The position numbers and the translations under genes were made by a program. The notes beneath the pieces are model-generated. The model did no database searches, was not told the DNA's origin, and saw only the letters and a list, made by a program, of their open reading frames with translations. Positions 35,061 through 47,393 of a stretch of 64,000 nucleotides of DNA are shown one piece after another. Location: contig MU008226.1 of the NCBI GenBank assembly GCA_010909165.1, forward strand, positions 1 to 64,000, written 5' to 3'. The stretch is from Anthoceros angustus. Its lineage: Eukaryota > Plantae > Anthocerotophyta. Position 1 is the stretch's first letter, and every line of letters starts with the position of its first letter.

Positions 35061-37305
35061 GGCAATCTTTGAGTGCTTATTACGCATGGCAAAGCACGCA
35101 CAGAAGCTCGATTTCCTCCGGGCCCAAGGAGTTCCACTTCTAAACCTCTCCATTTTTATGACCTCATAGAGCTCTTCGCATCTCCCAGAGTATGGGCCTT
35201 TAGTTTTATCGATTGGGATCAAGCCAACTCTTGTTGTGTCCTCTCAGGCGCGAGAGAGATCAAGGTTCACACCGAATTTGAGCAGGCCCAATATAGCCAA
35301 GGACTATCTTTGTATGGAAACAATCACATGGCATCGCCCATACAATTCTCATTACAAGAACATGAGGTACGTCGAACGTCTTGTAGTCGAGCATCCACTT
35401 CAAGTGACAGGCGCTCGGATGTGACGCTTGTCCGCTTTTGCGAGAGTAGTCGTCATGGAGCTCTGAACAACAAGATTACAGCAGCTTTGAGAAACTACGA
35501 GCTCAAGAGTTGTCCTTCATGATGAGATCCATTTGGGAGGAAAGGATCAATCACATTGGGCTGAGTGGATCCGAATGTAAAATGTCCGCTCGACCATGAA
35601 CATCATGACCGATGATGATGAGCAAGAGGTTTTTACCTACGGAGGAGAGGAAGCATTGATGGAGAGAACTGAACTTCGTCGCGGAGGTAAAGTGTTCTAG
35701 CAATAGTGTCCTTCGCTGTCCAATGCTTCTAGCTCGATGCCGAGCTTATGACATGATGGTGCCTAATAAGTCTACAATCTTTCTCAAGGCTGCGAATTCA
35801 AGCACCTCATGGATGCGATCCTGGTGGAGGTTGTGGCTCCCTTTGGAGGACTATGTCCCGACTTAAGCTTCTCGGCAGTGAAAACTACAAGGCGGACAGA
35901 GAAGTGCGCGTGCAGTGGACATTTTCTCGGTAAAGTCATCAGTCATGTGCGGATCAAGGCGAAGAAGTGAAGGCGATGCGGACTTTCTCCATGTCCTGCT
36001 CTCCGCCCGGTCCCGATGGGGCGATGCGGTGATGACAACCTAAAGGGCTTTACGCCAAGAAAGACGTTCTGAAGAAGTTTCGTTTAAGGCATAACTGCAA
36101 TTGAAGAACGCTCATCCTAGCGAGCCACAGGGATCTCTTCATTGCAGCGATACTTCGATCACGGTTGAGTGGGCTATGTCGAGCCGAGACACCCTCACAT
36201 CATGAAGAACTGACAAAGAAGAGCTTGACACTGGTAGGGCACAGTCGTTTAGTGGCGGAGTCGGATCTTCCACAACTTCCTTACCTCGTGAATATTGTGA
36301 AGGAGACTTTCCGGCTTCACCGGTGGTGCCTCTGTTGATCCTCATGAATCCGTGCTTGCCAAGTTACGGGTTACGAGATACCGCAAAGTCTAGGGCTGGT
36401 CAATATATGGGCGATGGGCGTGAGCTGATGCAGGAAGATGCCCTCTCGTTCAACCCGGATAGATTCCGGGGCGTTTGCGTCTTCACCGATCTTGAACCCT
36501 AATTTACGACGAAGGCATATACTTCACTTAGATCTTGTCATGAGTTTACGGATGGGACCTTGATGTCGAGGGAAACACTTGAGCTTCTTCCTTTGAGCAG
36601 GAAGGAGAGGTTGCGGGCATGACATTAGGCCTCACTTTGGTCGATGCTCTTTAGCTCGACTTCTTCAGCGTTCACTTGGTCTCCCGGGATGGGAAGAAGC
36701 GAGCATTTGGACATGTCGAGGCTTTGGACTCACGCTCCTGAGCTCGACTTGATTGCAGTCCCATCTCAACGACCGTCGCCTCACATGTACGAAGCAAAAT
36801 GTAACCCATCTCGGTATGTATAGTTTGGTTGCAATGCGGTGGGTGGACATGGAGTTTAGTTGCTCTTTTACTTATCCTTGAGATGTGCCTTTGATGTTCT
36901 TTAGTAGATGGGTTTACCCATATAGTAATGGGTATATTCATATAAAGTTTAGTACAAGATACTCAATATAATTCACGCAATCTTTAACTTTAAGTCTTCG
37001 TCCGGTATATATACACTTCTACTCATAATAGTCTTTGGCATTGTTTGTCAATAAGCTAGAAACTTCAAACTCATTGCAAGAGAAATACAAAGCAACTCCA
37101 TGGATTATTGTGCAAGGTGATAGGCAACAAGTCTGGAGGTTGTTCATGTTGTAGGAGAAGATTATCATCGCGCATTGTGTTCACATGAAGTGGTAGAGAA
37201 ATATCATTGCCGTAGCTTCTTGGGAGCAGGAGGTTCTTACAAAATGATTGTCAATGTAGAATAAGAGTTGGAAACCCTCACATGGCTCTAGGGCGCCCTA
37301 ATTGA

Positions 37306-37515
37306 GTAGAGGAATTCAACTAGTCTTTGAAGTCCAATACATATCATCCTAGTAAGAAAGAGTAGAAATTCTGGTCTTTAAAATCCAATACATATCATTC
37401 TTAGTAAGAAAGAGTAGGAATTCTACTAGTCTTTAAAGTCAATACATATCATCCTTGGTAAGAAAGAGTAGAGGAATTCTACCGGTCTTTAAAGTCAATA
37501 CATATTTATCCTACG
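37306..37515. repeat. ~55-60-bp minisatellite, ~4 copies
   Basis: GAATTCTA..AGTCTTTAAAGTCAATACATATCATCCTTAGTAAGAAAGAGTAG units. Confidence 0.88.
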
Positions 37516-39678
37516 AAAGCATGTACTCAATATGAGACTTGTTTTTAGTGTGAGGAGATCCACCAAACCTGCTTTGCATAGCCCATGGTATAGCTGTGTA
37601 ATTCTCGAATTAAAATATAAGTTCTCCTTCAACCATTCCTTTGCATTTTTCCAGAAACCTTTTGTTCTTAATTGATGGCGTCTCATATGAGGTGGGTGCA
37701 TTTGCAGGCTGGATGTCTCAGAAGGGTGCATCTTTAGGCTGGTTTTCCTCGTTGTCTTCGTCCTACTCTCTTGGTGACATCATGAAGAAAAATTTAGTAC
37801 AGGTAGCAAAATCTTAAATTAGGGTTGCATCATTTACTCGCTTTGGAGTCCTCTTACCTTTACGACAAGCATCTTCTCACAAGTCTTCCCAAATTTGTTC
37901 CAAGGTAAACACCGAGCTTCCAAGAACCATTCCTTGGTTGGTCCTCTTTCTCCTTGCAATCTTCCAAGCTCCTCCATTCTTCCACAAGTGTAAAAGCCTC
38001 TTTTGGGCGTTCATTTAGGTGATCTTTAGATTCACGGATTGGTGATTGCTAGAGGGAGCTGTCATGATCTCTCTTTTTCAAGCAATGGCCCAGCCAATGT
38101 GCTTCAAGTAAGATGGCGATTAAATTGCAAAACATTGTTGCTATATACCTTTAACCGCTCAAGCACATGTAAGTGTAAATAAGCTCACTCTCAATGTTGT
38201 TATTTTATAGTCCACATCGAGCTGGACTGGACTGCAACTAAATTTGCTTGTCCACAAGCGAGACCTGCAAGAATTGGAAGAAAGGCTGCCTATTTAAGAC
38301 TTGCAATTAGACCAATATGACAAGTGAACATTAAATATGGTAAAATAACCATATGCGTGAGCAACCCAAATAATGGTTAAGAATCCACAGGGGAATTTCA
38401 ATCAATATGAAAACAGAGAATATATGCAATCACTATATTAATATATGGTTAAAAAAATCCATAAATAATTGAATAAATAAAATATAATTTATACCAAACA
38501 ATAAATATAAATAATCAAAATAAGGAATACTAAAATCAAAATACATACCCTCAAGCCTCCCCAACCTCAAACTCTAAAAAGAGCCCTCACAAGCTCCAAC
38601 CCTAAAGGATTCTTTCAAGCTCGAACCCTAAAAACCGGGAGAGTAAGCAAGCATACATACTATGGTAAACCAACCGGATGAGTTCAAAACCCCAATAATG
38701 ATCACAAATCTATATGAACATTTCAAATCAATATTACGATAGAAAAGCATATTTCTAATTATTATATTAATATATAGCTCAAAATATAGAATAAAAATAA
38801 TAGTCAAAGACAAAAATAACAATCAACAACCAAAATAGTAAATACTAAAATGAAAATACATACCTAAAAAGAGCCTCCCCAAGCGGAAAACCTAAACTCG
38901 AACCTAAAGACGCTCCCAAACGAGCCGCCGTACGCGGGCTCCGGAAAGTACGGAGCCGTCCACAATGTGGCCCCGCTACTGGGCCTGTGTGTTTTCCGGG
39001 CCTTTTGTACCCGAATGGCTTGTAGAGAGAGAGAGCGGGTACCGGTAACCGGCCGTCAAGGTGCCATCGTGGCACCCAAAAAGGTCGGTCCGCCCCGCCC
39101 CTGACTCCTTGCCTCTAGCTAACTGCAAACATTGACTGTGGCCAATCCAGAGGGCTTGCGTCAATGACACTCTCTGGACGATGCTCACAGATGCCCACTG
39201 CTAGATTGCCGGGTTGTGATACAGTTGCCGTACAGACACGGTCTCCCTTCTCATACTGGAAATTTCTTTGCATTCGTAACTATTCCACACATTGGTACCA
39301 TATCACGGTCAGGGGTCTTCTTGTGGTTTGTGGAACCGCGTCTCACGATTCCAAAGTCTTTCAGGACCTCTGAATTGAGCAGACTGGCCAATGCCAAGTT
39401 CAGTTGCCACCAACCTTGAAATGCCACAACACAAGATAGGCAACAACATCGTACACTCGCGGTTCCAATCCAAACACGGTCCCTTATTCTATACAAGCGT
39501 TTGACAATTTGCTTCCAGCATCTCCTCTGCGAACAGACCACAAAAGTCTACTAAATCCTTGTTCATTACCAAACTCCGTGAACAATGGGTAACTTATTTC
39601 ATTTTATTTTAGCTCAATATCTAGCGAGCTTATACCTCAAAAGAAAACCCACAAGGAGTCAGTCCCCACTCGAGGACC

Positions 39679-39884
39679 GGCGTCAAGGAACTTGGTACTT
39701 TAACAACTTGTACACTTGAGGAGCGCGGCGTCATGGAACTTGGTACTTAACAATTTGTACCATGGTGTGCCTAAGTTACTTGTACCAAGGGCATCCACTC
39801 CCTTTAGACACCCCATGTAAGTAGCGATCTAAATTCAGGATGCTTAATGACGGCGTTCTTATAAATGTGTGTCCATTTGGACAC
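39679..39884 (-). mobile_element. SINE-like family copy with an internal ~50-bp tandem duplication, tail missing
   Basis: Matches 43178-43375 and the reverse complement of 54338-54555. Confidence 0.75.
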
Positions 39885-40150
39885 GGGAAGCGGGCTAGTG
39901 TTGTGTGGAGATTTAGTACCTGCCACGGATTTCGCCTGGCCAGGTAAGACAAAAGGAAATAAAATAAAAACGGTGAAGGCATCTAAAGTCACGATTCGAC
40001 ATCACATCCCGGCTCGAGACCCGGAGATGCAGCTCTATCCACAGGGAAGGCTCCATAGAGCTTAAGAACGACAAGTGCTGCTTCCTGCTAGTGGAGCTGC
40101 ATTCCTGAGCATCCATGGAGGGCACCATCGTGTTGTCATGGATCCTGGTT

Positions 40151-40271
40151 NNNNNNNNNNNNNNNNNNNNNNNNNNNNNNNNNNNNNNNNNNNNNNNNNN
40201 NNNNNNNNNNNNNNNNNNNNNNNNNNNNNNNNNNNNNNNNNNNNNNNNNNNNNNNNNNNNNNNNNNNNNNN
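40151..40271. other. Assembly gap (121 N)
   Basis: Run of N. Confidence 1.
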
Positions 40272-40427
40272 GATCTGAACACCCGCAAGGTCGATGTGCA
40301 GCTGACCGAGGCGGAACTCGACGAACGCCGCAAGAACCCGGCGACTCAGTACCCGGCCAATCAGACACCTTGGCAGCAGATCCATCGCGAAACGGTGGGC
40401 CAGCTCTCGACCGGTGGCTGCATGGAG
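40272..40427 (+). other. Bacterial-type IlvD/Edd-family (sugar-acid/dihydroxy-acid) dehydratase C-terminal coding fragment
   Basis: DLNTRKVDVQLTEAELDERRKNPATQYPANQTPWQQIHRETVGQLSTGGCME. The QTPWQ...VGQL.TG motif is typical of xylonate/arabinonate dehydratases. GC-rich bacterial-style codons, no intron. Confidence 0.85.
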
Positions 40428-41130
40428 GAGGAGGATTTCACAAAGTAAAGTATCACGTCTTGCGCTTCCATACTCATGAGTCCTTTGCCATTCTGAGGAA
40501 TTTGTGCATGTGAGCCAATCTGGTAGAGAGGAAGTCGCGGTGGTCGGAGTGCTTGGTGGAGGACTTGCTCATTGCAAGTGCCTAAGAGTTGCTCCCCTTG
40601 TGAATGGTTGCTGTGAAATTGCTTTGCTTTGGGTGTGTGGCCCGAGAACTCTCGGCTTGAGGGTAGACTACAGGAAAGACTCCCTGGAGGTTCTCATTGT
40701 CAGTGTCAAACTCATAGCAAGGAAGAACTTGCTGGTGGAGGCCGCGGTTGTGCCGTAAGGCGAGTCGAGCATGGCCGGCGAGGTTAGAATAGGAGGAAGA
40801 GGATGAGGAAGATGAGTAGAGGATTAGAGTGTAGGCGTTGGGAAGGCCACAGGCGAGCCTAAGGGACGAATCCCAAATCTGCAAGTAAAGGCGCTCCACA
40901 GGTGGAAGAGTGGTCTTAAGTAGGGACGAAATTGCGGTGTGGATCGAGGGGGTCCACAGGTGATAGGCTCCCTGCTAAGGCGGGACACCTGGTGTGTGTC
41001 GTTGTAGGTCGAGGATTGGTAGTTTTGAGGCGGTGCAAGTGGCGCACTGTAAGAGGTGAGTAGAGGCGCCTTGCTTGTTTAGAAGGTGAGAAGTTGTGTG
41101 TAGGTAGCGATCGGTCATCACACGACCTCG
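40428..41130 (-). repeat. Dispersed repeat (probably retroelement-derived), inverted relative to the copy at ~53050-53790
   Basis: Both copies share GTAGTCTACCCTCAAGCCGAGAGT, CACACACCCAAAGCAAAGCAATTTCACAGCAACCATTCACAAGGGG and AAGCACTCCGACCACCGC. Confidence 0.75.
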
Positions 41131-41259
41131 AACTTTCACACGAGTCTCATGGGGCCGAAACCCAGCGTCTGAGCGGCGATTGGGATAAGTGGTAGCTAGA
41201 GTGGGAGGATCTTGGAAGCCTCGGGGTTTTCCCTACCACAAGAGAAGAGACTTGCAGCT

Positions 41260-41780
41260 GACGGAAACAGGGGCGGTGATCGGGGGAATGCACGAAGGAT
41301 TGGGTGGAGGACATTATGCAGTTCAAGTTACCACCAAAAAGATTTTGGAAGCAGGGTACTGGTGGCCCACAATGTATGGAGAGACACACCACTTTGTGAA
41401 GAAGTGTGATGCTTGTCAGCGGATCGGGAAGCCTACTCCGACAACACAATGGCCGTTGGTGCCTATTCTGACGCTAGCACCTTTCGAAAAGTGGGGTATT
41501 GACTTCGTTGGATCCATACAGCCTACAACAAGACATACACAGAAGAGATACATCCTGGTGGCAACCGATTACTGCACCAGGTGGGTTGAAGCAGTGGCGA
41601 CACGGACGGACTCAGCAAGTACCGTAGCGAAGCTCATCTATGAAAGTATTAGAACCTGGTACGGATGTCCGTTGCAGTTGGTAAGTGACAAGAGAACCCA
41701 TTTCCTTAATGATGTGGTGACAGCCATGACGGAGTATTTTGGCATTAATCATCAAAAGGCGGCACCTTACAATCCATAGT
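41260..41780 (+). mobile_element. Ty3/gypsy integrase fragment (HHCC zinc finger + first two catalytic Asp), related to the 19-33 kb element
   Basis: GGHYAVQVTTKKILEAGYWWPTMY..CDACQRIGKP..FEKWGIDFVG..LVATDY.TRWVEA..LVSDKRTHFLN..APYNP. Confidence 0.93.
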
Positions 41781-42856
41781 TACCTTTTCTGCTGTCCTGA
41801 ATGCCCATAGGACTAATGGTAACTTGGTATCCCAATCATGGGCGTAATTCACCGTGAGCTTATTCAGGATCCGGCAGATAAGTCCGTTTGTTTTCTCCGT
41901 CAACCCATTAGCCTTTGACTTGGAGTCTCACGTTATCAGGGGGGATTGGATTACACTTATATTTGCCTATTAGATTTGTTTTACTTTGCTGTCTGTTGAG
42001 GAAGTGCTTATATGAATGCAAGTGCTTACCTTGTGTGACAGCTGTCATGCCATGTGACACTAATCTCTGCACTTGGGTTTAGTGTTTGATTAGCAATAAT
42101 TAATCTTATTACTTATCTTTAACTAAGTAATTAATATTAATTAAATTAAAAATACTTATATTAATCAAGCGTTGATTAGTATTAATTAAACATGGTTAGC
42201 AATAGCTAAGTGGATAAGCACAAGTAACATGCTTTAGCGTATTCCTTGCATATTATAGTGTATTCTTAGAATATTTCCGGCATATGCTGATGCCAATAGG
42301 ATATCTTAGGAATATGATGATGCCAAGGGCTAATATATATCGACCCTTTCACAAAAGACAAGCTCAAATCAGAGCTTGTCCTCTAGATATGCAGTGCAAG
42401 AGTGTTGTGAGGAGGCCAAAGCTATGACTCTGAGAGTGATGTGTGAGGAATTTGTGTATTGTTATTGTGGGAGAGTGTGTTTGTGCACGATATCGAGCTA
42501 CTCTCTCATTGTTATTGGTTTACACATATATTTGCATAGATGGTTGTTTTGCTTGTTTGTTTATTGAGGAAGTGCCTATATGAATGCAAGTGCTCATCTC
42601 ATGTGACACAAACAACAATCTCGTTATCATTTGGTTTCACCCCTACTCAGGTGTAGCCATCTGCGTTGAAAGAAACTTCTTCGCCACTCCTGCAATCACC
42701 CCTCGTAGGCAGTGATCACTGAGGCTTTGTCGATTCCGCAAGGTGTTGGGTTGGGGCACTCCATACGCTCTTCAAATTTGCAGCCTGAACACAAAATGAG
42801 GGCTTCTGAGGATCGCTGGCTTGGTAGGGCGTCTTGAGGCCATTGCCACGCTTCTC

Positions 42857-42891
42857 CTTATGGGCATCTTTGCTGCAAAGATGCCCATAAG
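42857..42891. repeat. Perfect 17-bp inverted repeat with a 1-nt spacer
   Basis: CTTATGGGCATCTTTGC-T-GCAAAGATGCCCATAAG. Confidence 0.95.
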
Positions 42892-43177
42892 AAACTTTCG
42901 AGCATAACAATGGCCGTAACTTTGTCTTTGTCATCCCTTGCCTCGTTTGTCTTTACTAGCCACGTTTAACCCTAGACCGTCGAGCCCTAATTTTGGCCTT
43001 TTTTGATGATTTATCAAATTTTTAGCATAACTAATTCTAGAAAAAATGGACCGCCCTGCTCTTGCCTCCACAAATAGCAGCCTACTTGGATCTACACAAA
43101 CATGTGGTTGAAAAATATGAAACCCACCTTGGCTATCCACCACTAATTTCCAAGCTATTTTCGATAGAGTTGGCAAT

Positions 43178-43375
43178 GAAGAAGAAGAAGAATTTTATTT
43201 AAGTCCACTAAGGGATTTACATGGGACTTGGTATAACAACTTGTACCATGGTATGCCTAAGCTACTTGCACCAAGGGCATCCATTCCTTTAGGCACCCCA
43301 TCTAAGTACCGATCCAAGCGGGATGCTTAATAATCACGTTCTTATAAATGTGTCCATTTGGCCTAAGCCATTTGG
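43178..43375 (-). mobile_element. SINE-like family copy with (TTC)n tail
   Basis: The plus strand begins GAAGAAGAAGAAGAATTTTATTTAAGTCCA and ends CCATTTGGCCTAAGCCATTTGG. Confidence 0.8.
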
Positions 43376-44203
43376 ACACACATGAGGAGAAGCATTTTCA
43401 TCTGGATTATAATTTCCACCACTCATCTAGTTGAGCAAATATAATGAGGAAAAGTCAGAAGCACAACCATCACGTTGCCAAAAAAATGGGCCAAATCCGA
43501 TGCTCCTAGGCCGGTCAAAACATTTTTAAAAGTGAAAAGTCTTGGCTCCCAAGGTAACCAGAGGTCACAAAAAATGTTTCACTACACACAACCGTATATG
43601 ATAAAAGAGGCTTGCCAGCTGGCTTCTACTCTACATTCGACCTCCTATTGCTGGTTGACATACCCTACCCGTCTGCACATTTCATCAAAACTTGGCCACC
43701 ATATATTCCATTTGACCTCGGTCACGCTCATTGGCCTAGGGACGCGGGCATTGCCTGCAGGTGACGGCCCAAGGTGGAAAAAAGACAGAATGAAGGGTGG
43801 GGGGACGCCCCGTTTCACCATATGGTCGCGCTAAACCTAAGGCCGAACTAGTATGGTTGTGTGTCAGCTCTTTCCATTCATGACTTGTAGCAGTGGACAC
43901 ATGGTATTGTTTTTCTAATGTGAACAGGACCATGGCTAGCAGGCCTTCAACATACTTTGCTCGAATGTCGCCGGACTTCAAAGGAGCAAAAAATCAAGGA
44001 GCAGAAACCAAAAATCAAGGAGCAGAAACCAAAAATCAAGGAAATAAACGAAGGGCGAACGACTCAATCTGAGTCGATTCGTCCATAGTTAACCTGCCTT
44101 TTCACACCGTACTTGTAACTTCATACCCCTCGTGAAAGCAACTCCGAACTCGGTCGGCTAAATGGATAAAAATAGGTTTCATTAAGCATGGGATGGTACG
44201 CTT

Positions 44204-47200
44204 ATGCCTGGCGGCCGTCTTCCCCTTGGACAGCCCATATTGAAATTCTCTGAGATGAAGCAGACAATGCAGTCGAGAGCCAAAGCATGCGGGAATCGCC
44301 CAGAGAAGCGGGCACGCCTGGTTCCTGACGCTGGGGCAGATTGTTTACATGTCTTGGAGGTTTGTCTGTAGCTTGACTGTGAGCAGCGCCCCAGTGTATT
44401 CGGCTTAATCATTGCCGCCATCCGGAAGTGTCTGAATCTGCCACTGTTTGCAGTCCCAGCCATCGTGGAGCGGTGGTGGCAGTATCCTGCAGTGACGGAA
44501 GGTCTCGCTGCTGGGACTGCGGTCCGCCAATGGGTCACGGTCATGTGATCTTGTCTTCTCGTTCACATGGATTGGGTAAAGTGGTGTCACCCCCTTGGAG
44601 GGAGGATGACAAAGATGGGCACTACATTTTCGAGCTGGCCGAGAATATCACATCTCGTTGTAAGGTTCCCTAGACTTCTATTTGATCTGAGTTCACGTCG
44701 AGATTTGTTACAGTCTGACTAAGATCGTGTTGCATCGATTTGCAGACAAGATAATGAGTAAAATGGGCGAAGGTGTGTCACCATTTTTTTCTAAAAGTCC
44801 GTGTAGGGGCCACCATGTGAATCTCGTGTTTTACTTTTCTGGGTCCCTTTGACTCCTAATAGGAAGGGAGTTTGTCATGCTTGAACCATGAACTAAATAT
44901 TTCGACTGAATGGTACTTCCTTCCCATTTCATTCAGCACGTAAATCTTCACTGACCACGTAAATCTTCGGCTTTGGCTTGAAGTGCCAACCTGTAGTTGT
45001 TTTTTGTCATTGGTCACTCATAATTCGTCTGCTTACCACTGATTGGGATATTGTCGTTGTTGACTTCTTGTTTGTGATAACTTTAGACTTCTGCATGTGC
45101 ATAAACGGAACTACAACTATTTTGTTTGCGCAATTCGAGCCCCTTGTGTGCATCAGACATCTGAGTCGCAGATTGCAGGGACCTTTGGTCGAGTATTGGA
45201 ATGCTGGGATCGTATAGCTCAGGAGTATGTGGCTGTGAAGGTGATCCGGAATATTCAGAAGTACCGTGACGCTGCTATGATTGAAATAGATGTACTTCGG
45301 GTTCTTGCCAAGCATGACAAAACTGGATCACGGTCTGTCTGAAGCTCAGTGGATTTGTGCTTGCCTCAAGGACATGTGTCTTCAGTGGAAACGTTATGTT
45401 TATGGATGGCCCGATTTGCTGTGGCAGGCACTGTGTTCAATTAAAGGACTGGTTTGACTTTCAGAATCACGTGTGTATTGTAAGTACAACACAGCTTGAT
45501 TAATTGGGTGTTTTTGTCTTTTGGATTTTACATACTGGAGTCTTAGGGGACCTTTAAACTTCTTTGTTTGCCAAGATTGTTGGTTTCTGTTCTGTTTATC
45601 CATGGGCAGGTTTGTGAAAGACTGGGACCAAGCTTGTACGATTTTCTGAGGAAAAACAGTTATCGGTCTTTTCCTGTTGACATAGTCCGGGACTTCGGCC
45701 GACAGCTTCTAGAGTCGGTAGCTTGTGCGTGCACTCCTCTTCCTTTGAATCTCTAGATCATTGTAAAACTGATGGCTTCAAGATCTGTTTCAGTTTGTCT
45801 TATGTGTCTGGTGTTTCTGGCCGATAGTTGTTTTCGAAGAGTCTGTGAGCTCACAGTGTCCCTCATTTTGCGCTCCTTCTTTGCTTTCAGATATGCATGA
45901 GCTTACTCTTGTGCACACAGACTTGAAGCCAGAGAACATACTCCTTGTGTCCTCAGAGTATGTAAAGGTACCTGAGCACAAGGTGTGTGTAACACATTAT
46001 GTTCAAATGGTGTGTTTTCTTTGCACTAGCTGAACGTGAGCACGATGTGATCTTGAAAGAGTGCTTGCTGTGATCCTGTGAGTTCATTTTCACCACCTGA
46101 GTCATAGGTTGAACAGGGTTTTGATGCAGTTTCTGCTCTTAAACTTACAAGCATTCTTCTTTGTGGGCAGAGAACCTCACAACCAGGCAAGCACTATAAG
46201 CGAATTCCCAAATCAAGCAACATTAAACTTATTGACTTTGGTAGTGCAACCTTTGAGAGTCAATATCATTGTTCTGTTGTTTCAACGAGGCACTATCGCC
46301 CTGAAGTTATACTTGGTGAGGTTTCAAGTACGTTTCTTCAGGGCTGCTGCGTTCATGTTTCTCAGGGTATAGGCATGAGCTACCGTCCTGAAACCTGTTG
46401 CTGCATTGACACAGGTGCACACATTTGCCAGGTTTAGGATGGAGTTACCCTTGTGACCTTTGGAGTATTGGCTGTATACTCGTTGAATTGTGCTCGGTAT
46501 GTAATCTTCTCAAGTCATTGGTCTAACCAGCAAGAACATGGGCAGTTGTCTGGTGAACTTAGGACTGACCTTTTGCTGCCATATTTTGTCCCCATTGCTA
46601 TAACAGGGGGATGCACTTTTTCAAACCCATGAGAATTTGGAGCACTTAGCGATGATGGAGCGTGTTCTCGGGCCAATGCCACACCAAATGATCAGAATGT
46701 CAGAGTAAGCTTCATCTTGAATAATTCAGACCACTGATTAGCTGTGATTGATCTGAGGGTGCACAATACACACTACCTTCTTTTGTGGCTGAAGCATGGT
46801 TGGCTTACTTTCCCAGAGTTGATTTCTGATCCTTCTGTAAGAGAACAGAGCAGATTTTTTTCTCTTGTCACATGTATCTGATGTCTTGTGCACGAATTCT
46901 CATGCAGGCGTCGTGCTGATAAGTACTTCAAGTATGGACGTGAGCTGAATTGGCCTGAGGGTTCATTGTCAAGAGAAAGCGTTCGTGCTGTGAGGAGACT
47001 GCCCCGCTTGCGGGTAGGCACTAGCTAAGCATGTGAATTTTCTGCTTAAGCTCTGCATCTTGTTGCTAGAAGTCACCTACTATAGTGATATTTCTCCTGT
47101 GGCTGCATCCTACTCAAAGAGCTTGTGTCATGGAGCACATCTCCTTCCTGGTACCTTAGTGCTGTCTTTGTTTAGCATGGCCCATAGTTTTCTACTGCTG

Positions 47201-47393
47201 ACCATTTTTCACATGCTGAGGCAATTGTCCTGTGCAGAATCTAATAATGCAACATGTCGATCATTCAGGCGGGGCTCTTATTGACCTCCTTCAAGGTTTG
47301 CTTAAGTTTGATCCCTCTGAAAGATTGTCTGCTCATGAAGCTCTGAAGCACCCTTTTTTCGAGTCGACAAAAGGCATAGCATGGATGATGTAA
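44204..47393 (+). CDS. AFC: AFC/LAMMER (CLK-family) dual-specificity kinase. 5' exon(s) uncertain (ATG 44204 or 44255), ..-44659, 44746-44772, 45179-45332, 45428-45479, 45610-45724, 45891-45982, 46171-46315, 46432-46496, 46607-46704, 46908-47013, 47238-47393.
   Basis: [22 protein letters not shown]|[46 protein letters not shown] and the signature [11 protein letters not shown]. All listed junctions are GT-AG and phase-consistent. Confidence 0.96.

Noticed and set aside
38598-38632. Interstitial telomeric repeat
   Set aside because: Only two separated AACCCTAAA motifs, not an array.
39060-39119. Helitron 3' end (hairpin + CTAG)
   Set aside because: The hairpin is ~40 nt from the CTAG (about 11 expected) and the CTAG is not followed by T.
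39913-40513. ORFs spanning the N run
   Set aside because: Artefacts of translating N.
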